The translations under genes and the position numbers were made by a program. Source: Macrostomum hystrix (Eukaryota; Animalia; Platyhelminthes). Taken from it: a DNA stretch of 64,000 bases. A model generated the notes under the pieces. It was not told the DNA's origin. It saw only the letters and a program-made list of their open reading frames with translations, and made no database searches. This document shows, one piece after another, positions 22,501 to 36,249 of the stretch (within the stretch, counting starts at the first letter, position 1; the number at the start of each line of letters is the position of its first letter). Location of the stretch: assembly GCA_950097015.1 (NCBI GenBank), contig CATNEN010000001.1, positions 12,896,001-12,960,000 of the forward strand. Reading direction: 5' to 3'.

Positions 22501-25500
22501 CTGTAGTTGTAGCTGGTTGCAAGTTGGATTGGGTAACATTCCATTGCCTTAGTCCTGGTCTCCTGTTTAGCATTTCTGTCCTGGTCTTCAGGCGACAATG
22601 ACATTTTTCTCGGCTGTCATTTATCCGCACGAAGGCCATCGCCGAGCACCCTTAGTTTTTCGCCGTCACGGCACGTAAATTAAATTTTCTACAGCTATGA
22701 ATCTCTACTTAGAGTGCCTCTACTTTTCTTAAACCTATTTCTAAAGTTTATGACAATAATAATAATAATAATTGCAGTAGGGCTGCGGGCAATGACACAT
22801 AATTTGGTGACACTTGACCTGCAGCCTGCGAGGAGGCCATTCTACTGACTCCTGAGCACACATGCACACAGGTGTGTACACCTGCCCTGACTTTCTCATC
22901 GTCAGGCAGTGTACTCTCTCACTGTGCCTTGGAGGTTGGCACTCAAGGCCGTAAATTGTACGACAAGCCCCCAAGCCTTCTCTCCGCGGCTGCGCCTCAA
23001 ATAAATGTGGCCTCGCCGCGGAATCGAACTAAGGGACCTTGGCGCGAAAGGCAAGCGTGTTAACCGCTGTGCCGGCGGCCGCAATATCTAAAGGTTTCAA
23101 ACGCTACATTCCTAAACTCATTACCGAATCGCAGGTGCATTCAAGCTTCTCAGCTCAAGAGAGTCCATCCCCTGCTGGCCAACTTGACTAACAGCATTCG
23201 CAGCATTCTGCAGAATCTGCACCGACTCATTCCCACGCAGCAGCAGCAGCAGCCAATGTCACTGCCAAACTTTCATCCATCTTCTGAAGTTTCTAGCTTA
23301 AGCTTGGTGAGTTTTTTAGCTGACACTTGAAAGCTTATAAATATGGATTTTCATTTTGTAAGCATGCACGAAAGCGAATAATAATATTCCCGACCCTTCA
23401 ATAGTCCACGAAGCCTTAGAAAAAGCGAAGTTTTCCAGAATCGCAGTCAACACAGTTCGATTCTTCTGGCAGATGTTGAACACAAAAAAACACACCTGTA
23501 ATGCCACACTTCGTCGCACCTCAATGGCATTTGATTTATTTATTAGGTTTAGCATGTGAAAGTGCATTTGTTCTAGCTTCTTATTATCAGAATATTTGCG
23601 CTAGTGGGTCATTGGAGTAAAGTTGTCAATCGTCCATAATGAAGTAATCCTAGGCAGTCCTATTTTCATTTCGAGTGAGCACTACTTATATGCCAAGTTG
23701 TGTGCCGAGTTAAATACTCACCTGAACGGGCAAGCCTATTTGTTCACGCCAGACGGACAACATGACGGACTGGACTCAGTGCAATGTTCTCAGGGTTGGC
23801 TATTTAATGAAAACTAAAAGCCATTAGCCGCCAGTCCCTCGGGTTTTTGTTGTAGAAGCAAAAAAGGCGTGTAGACTGACCGACACAACAGAGGACGGTG
23901 GGTCAGTGTGAAACAGAGAACTCACCGACACAACAGAGGACGGTGGGTCAGTGTGAAACAGAGAAACTGCTAGGAATTCTGTGCTCATGCTCAAAGCTCA
24001 TGTCGATTGGTTGAATATTTCGGGAGATACAGAAAAAATGTTAGTATTTGAAATACCCCCATTGGCAATCTACAGTTTATTAAATGGAAAGTCTAATTCA
24101 GTAATTATTAGTACAAAGACTGCTAACTAATAATAACAGCTCAAGCGAGCAAGGCTGGGCTGATCTGGCGGTGTAGCTGTGGCATGGAGGCTGGACTTGG
24201 GGGGGCGGAGCATCCGCTACCCCCGCCTCATCGTGTCGCCCTGCTCTGTCGCCTTGTTGAAAAAAAAAGAAAAAAAGAGGAGACTCAGAGCAGTGAGTTG
24301 GCTGCGGGATTGGTTTGAGGCTGGGGGGTGCAGGCAAGGCTTGGCTGGATGTTCTCCGCTATGGGCGCTCCTCAAATCTCGTCCTGTCCATGTCAATCAG
24401 TGTTCCATTGACTGCCCTTGTTACCTTAACGCGCGCCACCGCTAGCTGCATTGGCATATGCAGCAATATAGGCAAGCTTGCACCCGCTGCTGCTTGCAAG
24501 TCAGAAAATTGGCATCTTCTTTTAATGCATTTTAATTGGATGAAGCAACTCTTGGAATGTACTTTCAAGAGCATTCTCTTCTCAGCTGATTTCAAGGTTA
24601 GAAGAATGTGAGACAGAAAAAGAGAACAGCATTTAAGAGAAGGTGAGGAAAGAAAGAGTACTAGACTGAAGAGGGGAAGACGGGGGTAGAGGAGGAGAGA
24701 AGATGGAAAGAAAAAATGGAAGGGAGAAGATGGGAGGGTAGAGGATGGGAGGGTAGAGGATGGGAGGGTAGAGGATGGGAGGGTAGAGGATGGGAGGGTA
24801 GAGGATGGGAGGGTAGAGGATGGGAGGGTAGAGGATGGGAGGGTAGAGGATGGGAGGGTAGAGGATGGGAGGGTAGAGGATGGGAGGGTAGAGGATAGGA
24901 GGGTAGAGGATGGGAGGGTAGAGGATGGGAGGGTAGAGGATGGGAGGGTAGAGGATTGGATGGTAGAGGATTGGAGGGTAGAGGATTGGAGGGGAGAGAA
25001 TGGGAGGGTAGAGGATGGGAGGGGAGAAGATGGGAGGGTAGAGGATGGGAGGGTAGAGGATGGGAGGGTAGAGGATAGGAGGGTAGAGGATGGGAGGGTA
25101 GAGGATGGGAGGGTAGAGGATGGGAGGGTAGAGGATTGGATGGTAGAGGATTGGAGGGTAGAGGATTGGAGGGGAGAGAATGGGAGGGTAGAGGATGGGA
25201 GGGGAGAAGATGGGAGGGTAGAGGATGGGAGGGAAGATTGAAAATAAAATGGGATGGGATCGATTGCTCAGTTTCAGATGTCGATTTGTCAGCCATTTAG
25301 CTCGGATAGAGATAATTTTTTGAATGAAATTGCATAAAAAATCAGTGTGTTTGCTCTCTTTTCAATCTCAGCCAGATATTCCAGGCTGATCAAAAAGGAT
25401 CCTAAATGTAGAATTTATCCCAGCAATCAGCTTAGTGTGTACTTTTCTTTTTAATTCTTCGCTTGAGTCATGTCCTCCTGAGTTAGCTCAAGCAGCACCA

Positions 25501-28500
25501 GGCACTAATTGATCTCCAGCCTGCCAAGCTCCCTCTCTTCTGTCTCCGAGGGCTGATCGCTGCTTCCGATCTCAAATTAGTCGGTTAAAAAAATCTGCCA
25601 GACGATGAGCCAGGCTCTCTATCTCTGTCTCTATTCCTCTCTCTTCCTTATTTCTATTCCTCTCTCTTCCTTATTTCTATTCCTTTCTCTTCCTTATCTC
25701 TATGCCTCTCTCCCCCTCATCTCTATGCCTCTCTCTCCCTCATCTCTATGCCTCTCTCTCCCTCATCTCTATTCGTCTCTCTCCCTCATCTCTATGCCTC
25801 TCTGTCCCTCATCTCTATTCGTCTCTCTCCCTCATCTCTATGCCTCTCTCTCCCTCATCTCTATGCCTCTCTCTCCCTCATCTCTATTCGTCTCTCTCCC
25901 TCATCTCTATGCCTCTCTCTCCCTCATCTCTATGCCTCTCTGTCCCTCATCTCTATGCCTCTCTGTCCCTCATCTCTATGCCTCTCTGTCCCTCATCTCT
26001 ATGCCTCTCTCTCCCTCATCTCTATGCCTCTCTGCCCCTCATCTCTATGCCTCTCTCTCCCTCATCTCTATGCCTCTCTCTCCCTCATCTCTATGCCTCT
26101 CTGTCCCTCATCTCTATTTGTCTCTATCCCTCATCTCTATGCCTCTCTCCCCCTCATCTCTATGCCTCTCTCTCCCTCATCTCTATGCCTCTCTCTCCCT
26201 CATCTCTATGCCTCTCTCCCCCTCATCTCTATTCGTCTCTCTCCCTCATCTCTATGCCTCTCTCGCCCTCATCTCTATGCCTCTCTCCCCCTCATCTCTA
26301 TGCCTCTCTCTCCCTCATCTCTATGCCTCTCTCTCCCTCATCTCTATGCCTCTCTCTCATCTCTATACCTCTATCTTCCTTGTTCATAAGCCTCTCATAT
26401 GCCACTCGTTTTAGGGAAATCAACATAATAATTATCCCACAAAATCTAATTTCAGAAGGAGCAGCACCTGCTGAATCTGATTGCAAAGTTGGACTCTGCG
26501 AATGCTCAGTAAGTAACTCAGAATTTTTTTCTATAACATTGTTTACTTAAATACATGCTGAAACGAACTCAGTGCTAGCTAGTACAAACATGCCTAAAGT
26601 ACTTTTATGTACATGTGATTTATTTTTCAGGCTGTTGGACATTTACATGCATGTCATGACACAACCACCTTTTGATGCCAGGTAAATTAGCCACTTGGAA
26701 TAAGTAGCTTTTATTGCCCACTTCTGTGTGAACTTTAATACCTCATTAACCACCTAGTCATTGGACAAGAGGGATCTAGAGGAGTGCTGAGGGGAGAATA
26801 GGCAAGGAGGAGACGAGGTGGGAAAAGAGACGAGGATGAGAATAGATGAGTAGACGAGGTGGAGTAGAGACGAGGGGGAGAAGAGACGAGGGGGAGAAGA
26901 GACTAGGGTGAGAATAGATGAGTAGACGAGGTGGAGTAGAGACGAGGGGGAGAAGAGACTAGGGTGAGAAGAGATGAGGGGGAGAAGAGACGAGGGTGAG
27001 AAGAGATGAGGGTGAGAATAGACGAGGGTGAGAATAGACAAGGGTGAGAATAGACGAGGGTGAGAATAGACAAGGATGAGAATAGACGAGGGTGAGAATA
27101 GACAAGGGTGAGAATAGACAAGGGTGAGAATAGACGAGGGTAAGAATAGACGAGGGTGAGAATAGACGAGGGGGAGAAGAGATGAGGGGGAGAAGAGACG
27201 AGGGTTAGAATAGACGAGGGGGAGAAGATACGAGGGGGAGAAGAGACGAGGGGTTGAAGAGACCAGGCGGGGAAAGGCGATGAGGAGAGAAGAAAAAGGA
27301 AAACTACGATAAGATGTTTTAAGGAAGAGATAAGATTTGAGGGATATTTCCCTCTGCACTTATCTTCCTGCAATACTCGTATCTGCCAGATTTAATTCAC
27401 GCCGTTTCTGGTTGAAAGTTTAAAATCAGCCTTGAGCATCCACTTTCGTAGAAAGCTGAGAGAAGCTGCAAATGGCAGCTGCCTGGGACTGCAGGATGGA
27501 AATTGTGCTTGCGAAGGATCCGAGGGTCTCGCCTGAGAACGGAGCGGGTGAAGAGGGTGCTAGGGGATTTCAGAAGGTCCCTGAGGCCACTTTGCCATTG
27601 CAACAGTAGCCGCTTTGATTGAGTAGAGGGGGGAGCAAAATGAAGAAAAGGGGAAAAGCTTAGCGAATGTCGCAACTGGAGGGGATTTGGAGCATTTCTT
27701 AGAAAGCCGTCCAGCAAGGCTTGGGTTGGGGCGGCCGGGTCGGTACTAATACCCCAGGGATATTCCATCGGCTCTGTCTAAATCAAAGTGGGGGCTGTTA
27801 TGAGGATTTAGCTTTTTCACCCGTCCCAGATTGCCATTTCGTCTTTGTGTGGCTTCTTGTACGCTTGGCGATGATTCAGTTGGGGAGTTTTCCCAGCCCT
27901 GGATCGCCTTATACTCGTACTTCTAGAATGGAACGCAATAAAATTTATGGCTAGTCTAGAAACACAAAGAATGGCTTTCAGCAGTCAGAACGGCTCGCTG
28001 AAGAAATTTGGCTTCAGAATACCATTTTTATGGCTTCAGGACATTGCGGAAGTCTTAAAAAACTCATCTTTAAGGCTTTTAGCTCGTTGTTTTTACCGTG
28101 CTAATTAATGATTTTTATACTCGCCCAGCTCGTAGTTGAATGCCGAAAAAACTCTAGCAAAACACGACTTGCTCAGTAAAATAAACTATTGAAACCAATT
28201 TCACTAGCATAATTTTAAAATCTCAACTCAGCATTTTGTTAATCTTATGAGTAGAAACACGTTTCCATGTTTGCGTTTGAGCGTGACATTTAGGAAATTT
28301 AATCTGCTGAACTAGACAAGAAAAAATCTTAATCTGCTTTGGCACGCCATCAAGGAAGTAGAATTTTAAAATGAAATATGTTTTTCGTCTTCGCTTGAAC
28401 AGCAATAAAATGTTTTTATACCTTCAAGAAATTTTTGATGAAAGCTGAGAAAAACACAAATAATTACTTTTGATACTTTGCGTTCAGTTAATTTTAAGAA

Positions 28501-31500
28501 TAGATCATTGTGGACCGTCTTTTAAGCTAATATGGTCATAAGGGGACTTGGTAGATAGTCATCAATTATCCAAATTGGTCATAGATAGTCAGAGATGGTC
28601 ATAGATAGCCAGAGATGGTCATAGACAGTAAGAGATGGTCATAGATAGCCAGAGATGGTCATAGACAGTAAGAGATGGTCATAGACAGCCAGAGATGGTC
28701 ATAGACAGTCAAATATGGTCATAGACAGCCAGAGATGGTCATAGACAGCCAGAGATGGTCATAGACAGCCAGAGATGGTCATAGACAGCCAGAGATGGTC
28801 ATAGACAGTCAAATATGGTCATAGACAGTCAGAGATGGTCATAGATAGCCAGAGATGGTCATAGACAGTAAGAGATGGTCATAGACAGCCAGAGATGGTC
28901 ATAGACAGCCAGAGATGGTCATAGACTGCCAGAGATGGTCATAGACAGCCAGAGATGGTCATAGACAGCCAGAGATGGTCATAGACAGTCAAATATGGTC
29001 ATAGACAGTCAGAGATGGTCATAGATAGCCAGAGGTGGTCACGTGTAGTCACAGATGATAATATCTGGTCATGGAGTTTCAGAAACCTCCCAGATCTTTC
29101 TCTAACAGGCATTCCTATCATAACTGACCATCGCAGATTCCTGGTAGTCAACGGCCACCTTCCGCCAGTTGAATCAGTTCTTAGACTCCTGTCAGAAGCT
29201 GCCGAAGCATTTTCCGCGGTCCTGGACGTGGCTGAGCTGTCGCTGCTTGACTTAGTGGTCGGCGCGGTGCGCTGCAAAACTTCAGGAGCGAATTTCACGG
29301 TGGCTCTTCGAGACCTGCTGCGATTGGCGATGAAGAGTGAACGACTCAGCTGCCTGGTTGCCAGGGTGAGTGAAACTGGTTGCTAGGGTGTGAGTGAAAC
29401 TGGTTGCTAGTGTAAAAGGAACAGGAACAGAGATAAAAGCAAAAGTGAAGACAGGTGAGCTAGAAAGGTAGCTCAACTATCAATTAATCACCCATGGTTG
29501 AGAATAACGACCTGGTTAATTGCAAAGCCATCGAGTCGTGCTTTCCCCCTGACACTCGAAATCCGTCGGCATTAATTCGAGAGAATCCGTTGGCACTTCA
29601 CCAGTTCCCTCACTTCAACACCCTTCGAAGTCTGTCCGTTTAACTGCGCCGCAGTTGCTCAAACGAGGCGAACACGGGATTTCAAAGAGATGCTGAGAAA
29701 ACGAACGCGAATAAGTAGTCGATGAAGCCTTCCCAAAGACATTGGAATTTTATGGGACCAAACCGGACCTCGTCAGAATAACCTTCTGCTTCTCCATATA
29801 CACACGGTTCGTGAGTACCCCCCACACCTTTCTGTTCTCCCAGGCGCATTCAGATAATTGCGTACTTGACCAGGTCAGCTCTCGGAGGGCCGGTAGGTGA
29901 ATGCCGGATGGATAAGAGGCCCGATGGGGATGACAGCTATTATCGGAAATCACTGGGTTCTCCGGTTAATAGCTGCCCTCAGTGAATCAGCCCCGCAGCA
30001 GGATCTCATTTCCTGTCTCTCTCCTGTCGCCACCCGCTCACTTGGTGGATCACGAAATGGAGGACGGGTTGTTGGGGATGGGAACGACCGGTCAGTCCCT
30101 CCGTCACTCTCCATCATCGCACCCGTCCGCCTGATCCCTGCTCCCACATTTCTCACCCGCTGCACCCTTGGATCTGCCCCCAGAGAATCGGGTGGTGTGC
30201 GGACACATACAATAAACTATATTTTTCGCTATCTCTCTACTTCTCTCGATGTCAGTCATAAGTCGGTGGGAGTGAACATTGTGTGCTACACCGCGCTTTG
30301 CCACTGCACAGGGATACACACAGCTTCTCCAGGATGTGCGGACTGGAATTAATCTTCTCTGTCGTGAGCAGCCAGCTCTGCTGATTACAGTATTCTTTTT
30401 TATAGCAGATTAACGCCAGTCACCGCTGCTATCCACACCCCGAGTTTCTCACCCTTGACCGGTTACGCTCTAATATTATTGGCCCCATAGTTATTGCTCG
30501 ATGAATGCGCTGTGAAGCGCTGTGAAGTTAAATGCATTATTTATAATTTACAATACTGCTATATATATGTACAAACTCAATGTACGAGTGCTGAGAACAT
30601 GAGAACTGAGCACATGAGAACTGAGCACACGAGAACTGAGCACATGAGAACTGAGCACATGAAAACTGAGCACATGAGAACTGAGCACATGAGAACTGAG
30701 CACATGAGAACTGCTGACCACATGAGAACTGAGCACATGAGAACTGAGCACATGAGAACTGAGCACATGAGAATTGAGTACATGAGAACTGAGCACATGA
30801 GAACTGAGCACATGAGAACTGCTGACCACATGAGAACTGAGCACATGAGAACTGAGCACATGAGAACTGCTGACCACATGAGAACTGAGCACATGAGAAC
30901 TGAGCACATGAGAACTGAGCACATGAGAACTGAGCACATGAGAACTGAGTACATTAGAATTGAGCACATGAGGACTGAGCACATGAGATCTGAGCACATC
31001 AGAATTGAGCACATGAGGACTGAGCACATGAGATCTGAGCACACGAGAACTGAGCACATGAGAACTGAGCACATGAGAACTGAGCACATGAGAACTAAGC
31101 ACATGAGAACTGAGTACATTAGAATTGAGCACATGAGAACTGAGCACATGAGAACTGAGTACAGTTAGAAAATTAGCAAACCCAAGATCACTCGGAGCTG
31201 TTTAAATCCTATTTTTAGGCCGGCGCAGTGGAGACCCTGCTGCAGGTGTGCTCAGACCGTGGCCAGAGGAAGTACTGGCCGCTGGCTCTGCGAGCTCTGT
31301 CCTGCATCTGCTGTGTTGAAGAGTCGATTCGTCGGTTTGATCAGGTCTGTGAGCAGTTTCTGATTGTCATCTAGCTTAATTTTAGTCTTTTCATGCAGAA
31401 AAGAGATTCGTCAGACCCGTTTGTCCACTCGGGATCGCTAACTAAATGCAAATTAAGGTAGCTGCCGTATTTTAAATTTGCAATCAGATTGAAATTCTTA

Positions 31501-34500
31501 GCTGAGTGATCGCAAATTAGTTAAGTAGAACCTTAGCACGGGAAGTCATTTTTAATTGGTTGAAATAGTATTTAGTAAAGTGTGAGGATACAAAGCTAGT
31601 GATAATGAAAACCTACATCCTGAGCTCATCAACTCATCACGCACTGTCGAATTCACAGCTCAGCGGACTGTCAATTGTGAGCTGCTTACTGGGCGAGTTG
31701 GGCAACTCCGAGATGGTCAGGGCTGAGGCGGCTGGGGTCGTCGCGCAGCTCACAAGTCCATGCGTTCTTGGCAAGGGCAAGGACCTGCTGGGCTGCCTGA
31801 CTAGTCACGCCGAGTCGCTTGTGAGGTCACTGACGCGTGAGTCGCTACGCTTGACTGCTCAACTGTATTTAGACACGTTTATAGTTGTCCTATTGATGAC
31901 AGATCAGGTTAATCAAAATGAGTTGCATTGACAAGCGTTTAAGTAAGAAACATGGAAAAATTATTTTTCTGAATAACGCCCAAACCCTCGCAACAGTGCT
32001 GTCCAAGGAGGCGAACTGTCACGACGTGTTCCTACTGGCCTCAGCTGCCATAGCCAACATTACATTCATTAGCCCGGCCAGCTTTGAGTATATGCTCAAG
32101 TACAACACTATCAGAGCATTGGTGGATGCGTGCCAGCTGAGCAAGGCGGCCTCGCTGTTTGCCAAGGACCAGGTAACCAGACTAATTTCCGTATTTTTTT
32201 CGAATCGTTTTGGGTATCTTCAATTTATAAATAATAGTAATCATATTATTGCAGGAGGGCTGCGGGCAATGGCACATCATTTGGTGACACTAGACCCGCA
32301 GCCAGCGAGGAGGCAATTCTACCCATTCCGCTGACTCCTGAGCACACACGCACACGGGCGTGTACATCTGCCCTGACTTTCTCATCGTCAGGCAGTGTAC
32401 ACTCTCACTGTGCCTTGGAGGTTGGCCCTCAAGGGCGTAAATTGCGCAACAAGTCCCCAAGCCTTCTCTGTGGGACTGCGCCCCAAAGGAATGTTGCCTC
32501 GCTGCGGAATCGGGCTCAGGGACATTCGTGCGAGACGCTAACGCGTCAGACCGCTCTGCTACTGACGCCTTCTTCAATAGATCATGAACAGCGGGTTCGT
32601 TTGGCCTCCATTTGGAACAGTACACCTTGCACAACTGGCACTGTTAATCACGTCCAATTGGTCTGTGGTAGCTTCTGGAAAGCATATCAGTCTTGGCTTT
32701 TATCATCGAAGCATGAAAAGGCATCGAGATTTATTATATAACCCCCTGCAATGTCTGCTTTTTAAGCCCCAATTATCTTGGAAATTGCAGGCAAAACAAA
32801 GGAGCCACCCGACCCTGGGCTAAGGGAAGCCTGACTGGCGCTATAGGAATTTTCCACTTGCACCTCCCCAGCAGTGTTTGTCTACTGGGCGGGACACCCC
32901 ACCGTCATCAGCCCTGGCATCAGCCCTGGCATGCCTTCCTAACTGCAGTTCTAGAAGCCATTATAAATTCCTGCAGCATTTTGTTAGTCTGGGACGCAGC
33001 CGCCACACAAATCTTGTGCCGTCGCCATTGTGCTGCAGACGGAGAATGAATTGGAGAGAAATGAAAGAAAGAATGCCTGACAGGTTGTGCACTTCTTCAG
33101 CGCCAGGCTAACTGGCCTAATAATAATAATAATTGCAGGAGGGCTGCGGTTAATGGCACATCATTCGGTGACACTAGACCCGCAGCCAGCGAGGAGGCAA
33201 TTCTGCCCATTCCGCTAACTCCTGCGCACACACGCACACAGGTGTGTACATCTGCCCTGACTTTCTCATCGTCAGGCAGTGTAAATTTCACTGTGCCTTG
33301 GAGGTTGGCCAACAAGGGCGTACGCTTACAGTACTTATCAAATCCACAATTATCCACGTCCAAATGATGCATTGTCTCGGATGAATGCAGGGGTCTGTGC
33401 GGTAAACTTGTTCCTGCCCCGGCTTTCGATCATCTTATTCCGTCACCTTGTCCTACTTTGTTATACTCTTTCCGTCTTATGGAATGCAGCGGTTCACAGG
33501 TTGCAGATCTAGACAAGTCCAGTTTGGTACCATGGTATTTGATGCATTTGGTCTACAACAGGTATCACTTCCATGCGGAACTTTTATGCATCTTCCACTG
33601 AGCGGCAACGCAATTAGCGTTTCTATAGGGAGAATTCCTTCAGACACGGCTATGCTATCAATTACAAGCTTCGCCGAGCCATATCTTACCTTCAGTGCAG
33701 AGAAATATTCCTAAGATGAAGCTATAAATAATAAAAAACTGTTAATTTCTGGACCCAAGAAAGATGATTTTGGTGGCTTCGGAAGGCTGCGTACGGCTGT
33801 CCAGTCCATAGACTGGGGGACATCCAATTACCTTAGCTCTGGTACCTATGTAGGAGCTGGGTGAAATAAAGAAATACAGAGCTAAGGGTCTTTAAAAAAG
33901 ACACAAATTGTTCCAGTGAAGTCTAGAATCGAACCCCCGACCTTCAAGTCGTAAGTCCGACGTTCTAACGACTGGCAACAACCCCTACAATTATTATTGC
34001 ATGTACGCCGTTGTTATAATACTAATAGTAATAACCAAATGCTGTTTGGTATGGACGCATTAACTGGCGACAGTTCTCATGTGGTTCTCTCCGTCAACCA
34101 GCAGACACTGACCCCTGAGCACACACTCACGCAGGTGTGTGCATCTGGCTAGACTTCCTATTCTCAGGCAGTTTATACAAACTCGCAGCGGCAGTGCCAT
34201 GTTCGAGCTACTGATTCTCTCAGCTTTTATCGCATCCGCCACTTCCCAGTCCCAACTCCATTTCCTTCTCAGGTGGCGACAGTTCTGGCCAACATGGCCG
34301 CGTACGCCTGGTGCCACAGCAGCCTGACGCGCCACAACGCCATCGAGCTGCTGCTGCACTTCCTGTCCGAGTCACCGTCCAGCTGCTTCAATTCCGGCGA
34401 CAATTCTGAAAGCTCTACTCGATCGTCTGCCTGCGAACGGCTTCAACAGAAAGCGGCGATCGCTTTGGGTCGACTGGCGCGAGACGTCGGCGCAGCTCAG

Positions 34501-34728
34501 ATCATCGCCGAGCTGTCCGGACCGCGCCGCCTGGCCCAGCTGTGCCGCCGTCCTGACGAGCGCAACTGCTCCGATGCTGTGCTGGTGGCGGCTCTCGCCG
34601 CCCTGCGCCAGATTCACGACAGCGTCGGCTCGGACGATTTGGACGCTCGCGACGTCGCCGAACTGATCCGGCCGAGACTGTCCGAGGCGTTTCTGGCCTG
34701 CTCCCGACTCGATGAAAGCTACCTCTGA
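16275..34728 (+). CDS. insc: Protein inscuteable homologue, 9 exons: join(16275..16599,18555..18618,23135..23306,26456..26508,29137..29365,31219..31344,31659..31836,31997..32172,34273..34728), ~592 aa
   Basis: N-terminal LGN/Pins-binding motif DSVRLWVSELRWYVESDCSNVLHNKAI; ARM-like segments ALRALSCICCVEE, RAEAAGVVAQLTSP, VFLLASAAIANITF, ACERLQQKAAIALGRL, ERNCSDAVLVAALAALR; C-terminus DESYL. All introns are GT-AG with consistent phases (1,2,0,2,0,0,1,0). Confidence 0.93.
17470..18460. repeat. 20-bp minisatellite (GAGAATCCCAGTGTCTTGTG)n, degenerating after ~18110
   Basis: Tandem array in insc intron 1. Confidence 0.96.
18998..19275 (+). mobile_element. SINE family 1 copy (internally deleted)
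   Basis: ggggccagtggcagagcggtctaacgcg...gagctcgattcc head and shared body. Confidence 0.85.
19920..20350. repeat. 14/16-bp minisatellite (GAGAGGTAGACTTT)n
   Basis: Tandem array. Confidence 0.95.
21283..21553 (+). mobile_element. SINE family 1 copy
   Basis: Same head, body (gagaaagtcagg...gagtcagcgaaatggg) and tail. Confidence 0.82.
22756..23080 (-). mobile_element. SINE family 1 copy
   Basis: Reverse-complement match with (AAT)n at its left end. Confidence 0.85.
24718..25235. repeat. 15-bp purine-rich minisatellite (GGGAGGGTAGAGGAT)n
   Basis: Tandem array with a duplicated 180-bp higher-order block. Confidence 0.96.
25620..26380. repeat. 23-bp pyrimidine-rich minisatellite (CTCTATGCCTCTCTCTCCCTCAT)n
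   Basis: Tandem array. Confidence 0.96.
26790..27260. repeat. 16-bp purine-rich minisatellite (GAGGGTGAGAATAGAC)n
   Basis: Tandem array. Confidence 0.93.
28575..29040. repeat. 20-bp minisatellite (ATAGACAGCCAGAGATGGTC)n
   Basis: Tandem array. Confidence 0.96.
30590..31165. repeat. 15-bp minisatellite (GAGAACTGAGCACAT)n
   Basis: Tandem array; source of the spurious RTEHM ORFs. Confidence 0.96.
32245..32570 (-). mobile_element. SINE family 1 copy
   Basis: Reverse-complement, near full-length match in insc intron 8. Confidence 0.87.
33119..33322 (-). mobile_element. SINE family 1 copy (5'-truncated)
   Basis: 3' half plus (AAT)n. Confidence 0.85.
33785..33990 (-). mobile_element. CORE-type SINE family 2 copy
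   Basis: Reverse-complement match to the 46567 copy, including the tRNA-like head (aatcgaacccccgaccttcaag). Confidence 0.78.
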
Positions 34729-36249
34729 CAGCACCTAGGACTAACACTAATCCGCTGCGCCCTTGGCTTTGAAACGTCTTTCTGCTAATCTTAAATAAAT
34801 CTCTTCGCGTTTCTAAAGAGATTTCGCGTGCTCCCACCCGAAGGACCAGAATGAGTGGAATCAGATCTGCCATTCACGAATCCAATCCGATTGAATCTTA
34901 ATCCTATATTAGCATTATTGTATCACGAACCTTCCTGAACACTGCGGACAGCTGCGTGAATTTTTGATTTTTTGTTCTACTTGACTGTCAATTGTCCAAG
35001 ACCTATAAAGTACAATTTTGCATTTTGTAGCCAGTAAAGATTTGCTCTGCACAACTGCTTGACTTTCATGACTTAATATGAACGCATCCATAAAACTATT
35101 TTGTATTAAAGAATACCCATGACTCCACTCATTATCATTGGGGATAAGACCTGGGCCGTTACAGAACTGATTATAGAAATGATAAAGCACTGTTTCTACT
35201 ATGAGTAGTATGCTGTGATTTTAGGCAACTTACTTTTCGGCTTGCCTGACTTGAAATGCTAATATTTCTAAATCTCCGCTTTCACATCTGTCAAAGTTTG
35301 ATGAATAATTTTTGGTGTTCATTTTGTACCTGGTACATAATGATTGAACCTTCAAGTATATTAAGCTTTTGCACCCCAAATTAAATTTGTGAAAAACACG
35401 TTTTACACCTTGTGAGATATATCCTCAAATGCGCCATTGAACTGCTTGGGCTTGTTTTTACTTTTATTTCCAGGCCATCGTAGATGGTCACTGCAGTGAC
35501 TCTGCAGCATGCGAATGTATGGCAAGGACAAATGATCTTCAAGTAGTATTCAAGAGGGGCTATTAGCACTAAAAATGCAACGACATTCTACAATTGCTTA
35601 ATGATTTCTGCAAAGTTATAGTAGCTGTCATAGTCCTTTACGTAGGTTACTCCATACTTATGAAACCAGTGTCTTTGGAGAGCTTGATTAATATTTGGGA
35701 CGTTGATATCAACGTCGGGCCAATATTTCCTCACGTACTCGCTGCATTCTAGTTTGCATCGGTACTTACTCTTGTAATTAGGCTCATGCCTTGTGTAATA
35801 AGAACCTGGAGAGACGATTGGGAGCATTTTTAATGAGAATAAATTTTTTTTCGGAGGATGAGCACCCTAGGTTTGGGATCTTGAGTTTTGGGATTGGGAT
35901 TTTAGTGCTAATTTGATTGTCTTGGCACACTTTGTAGGTTTACTTTTTCCTGATCTCTTCGGGAATAGTTTGTGGATTATGGCGGCTGCGATAGTTTTTG
36001 TCCTAGATAGCCCCTCTTGCATACTACTTCAAGATATGCGCCCGAGGATTTGTCATTAGCGCCCGCGAAGCGTGGGTATTAATATGCTACTCGTACATTA
36101 TTCACTGCTAAAAATGACTAAATATTAACTCTCGAACTACGACTGATTATAAAAACTGGATAATTGCATTGAAGATAAGCGATATAAAATGATTATTTTT
36201 TCCTTAAAGCTAGAGAAAACAAGCGAATAACTGAACTGGAAGAGATTTT

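Noticed and set aside
22252-22620. ORF faintly like the C-terminus of an RLE-type retrotransposon
   Set aside because: No diagnostic catalytic motif visible; cannot be supported without a search
35381-35827. Two in-frame minus-strand ORFs separated by a stop
   Set aside because: No recognisable domain or splice structure; probably a TE remnant, left uncalled
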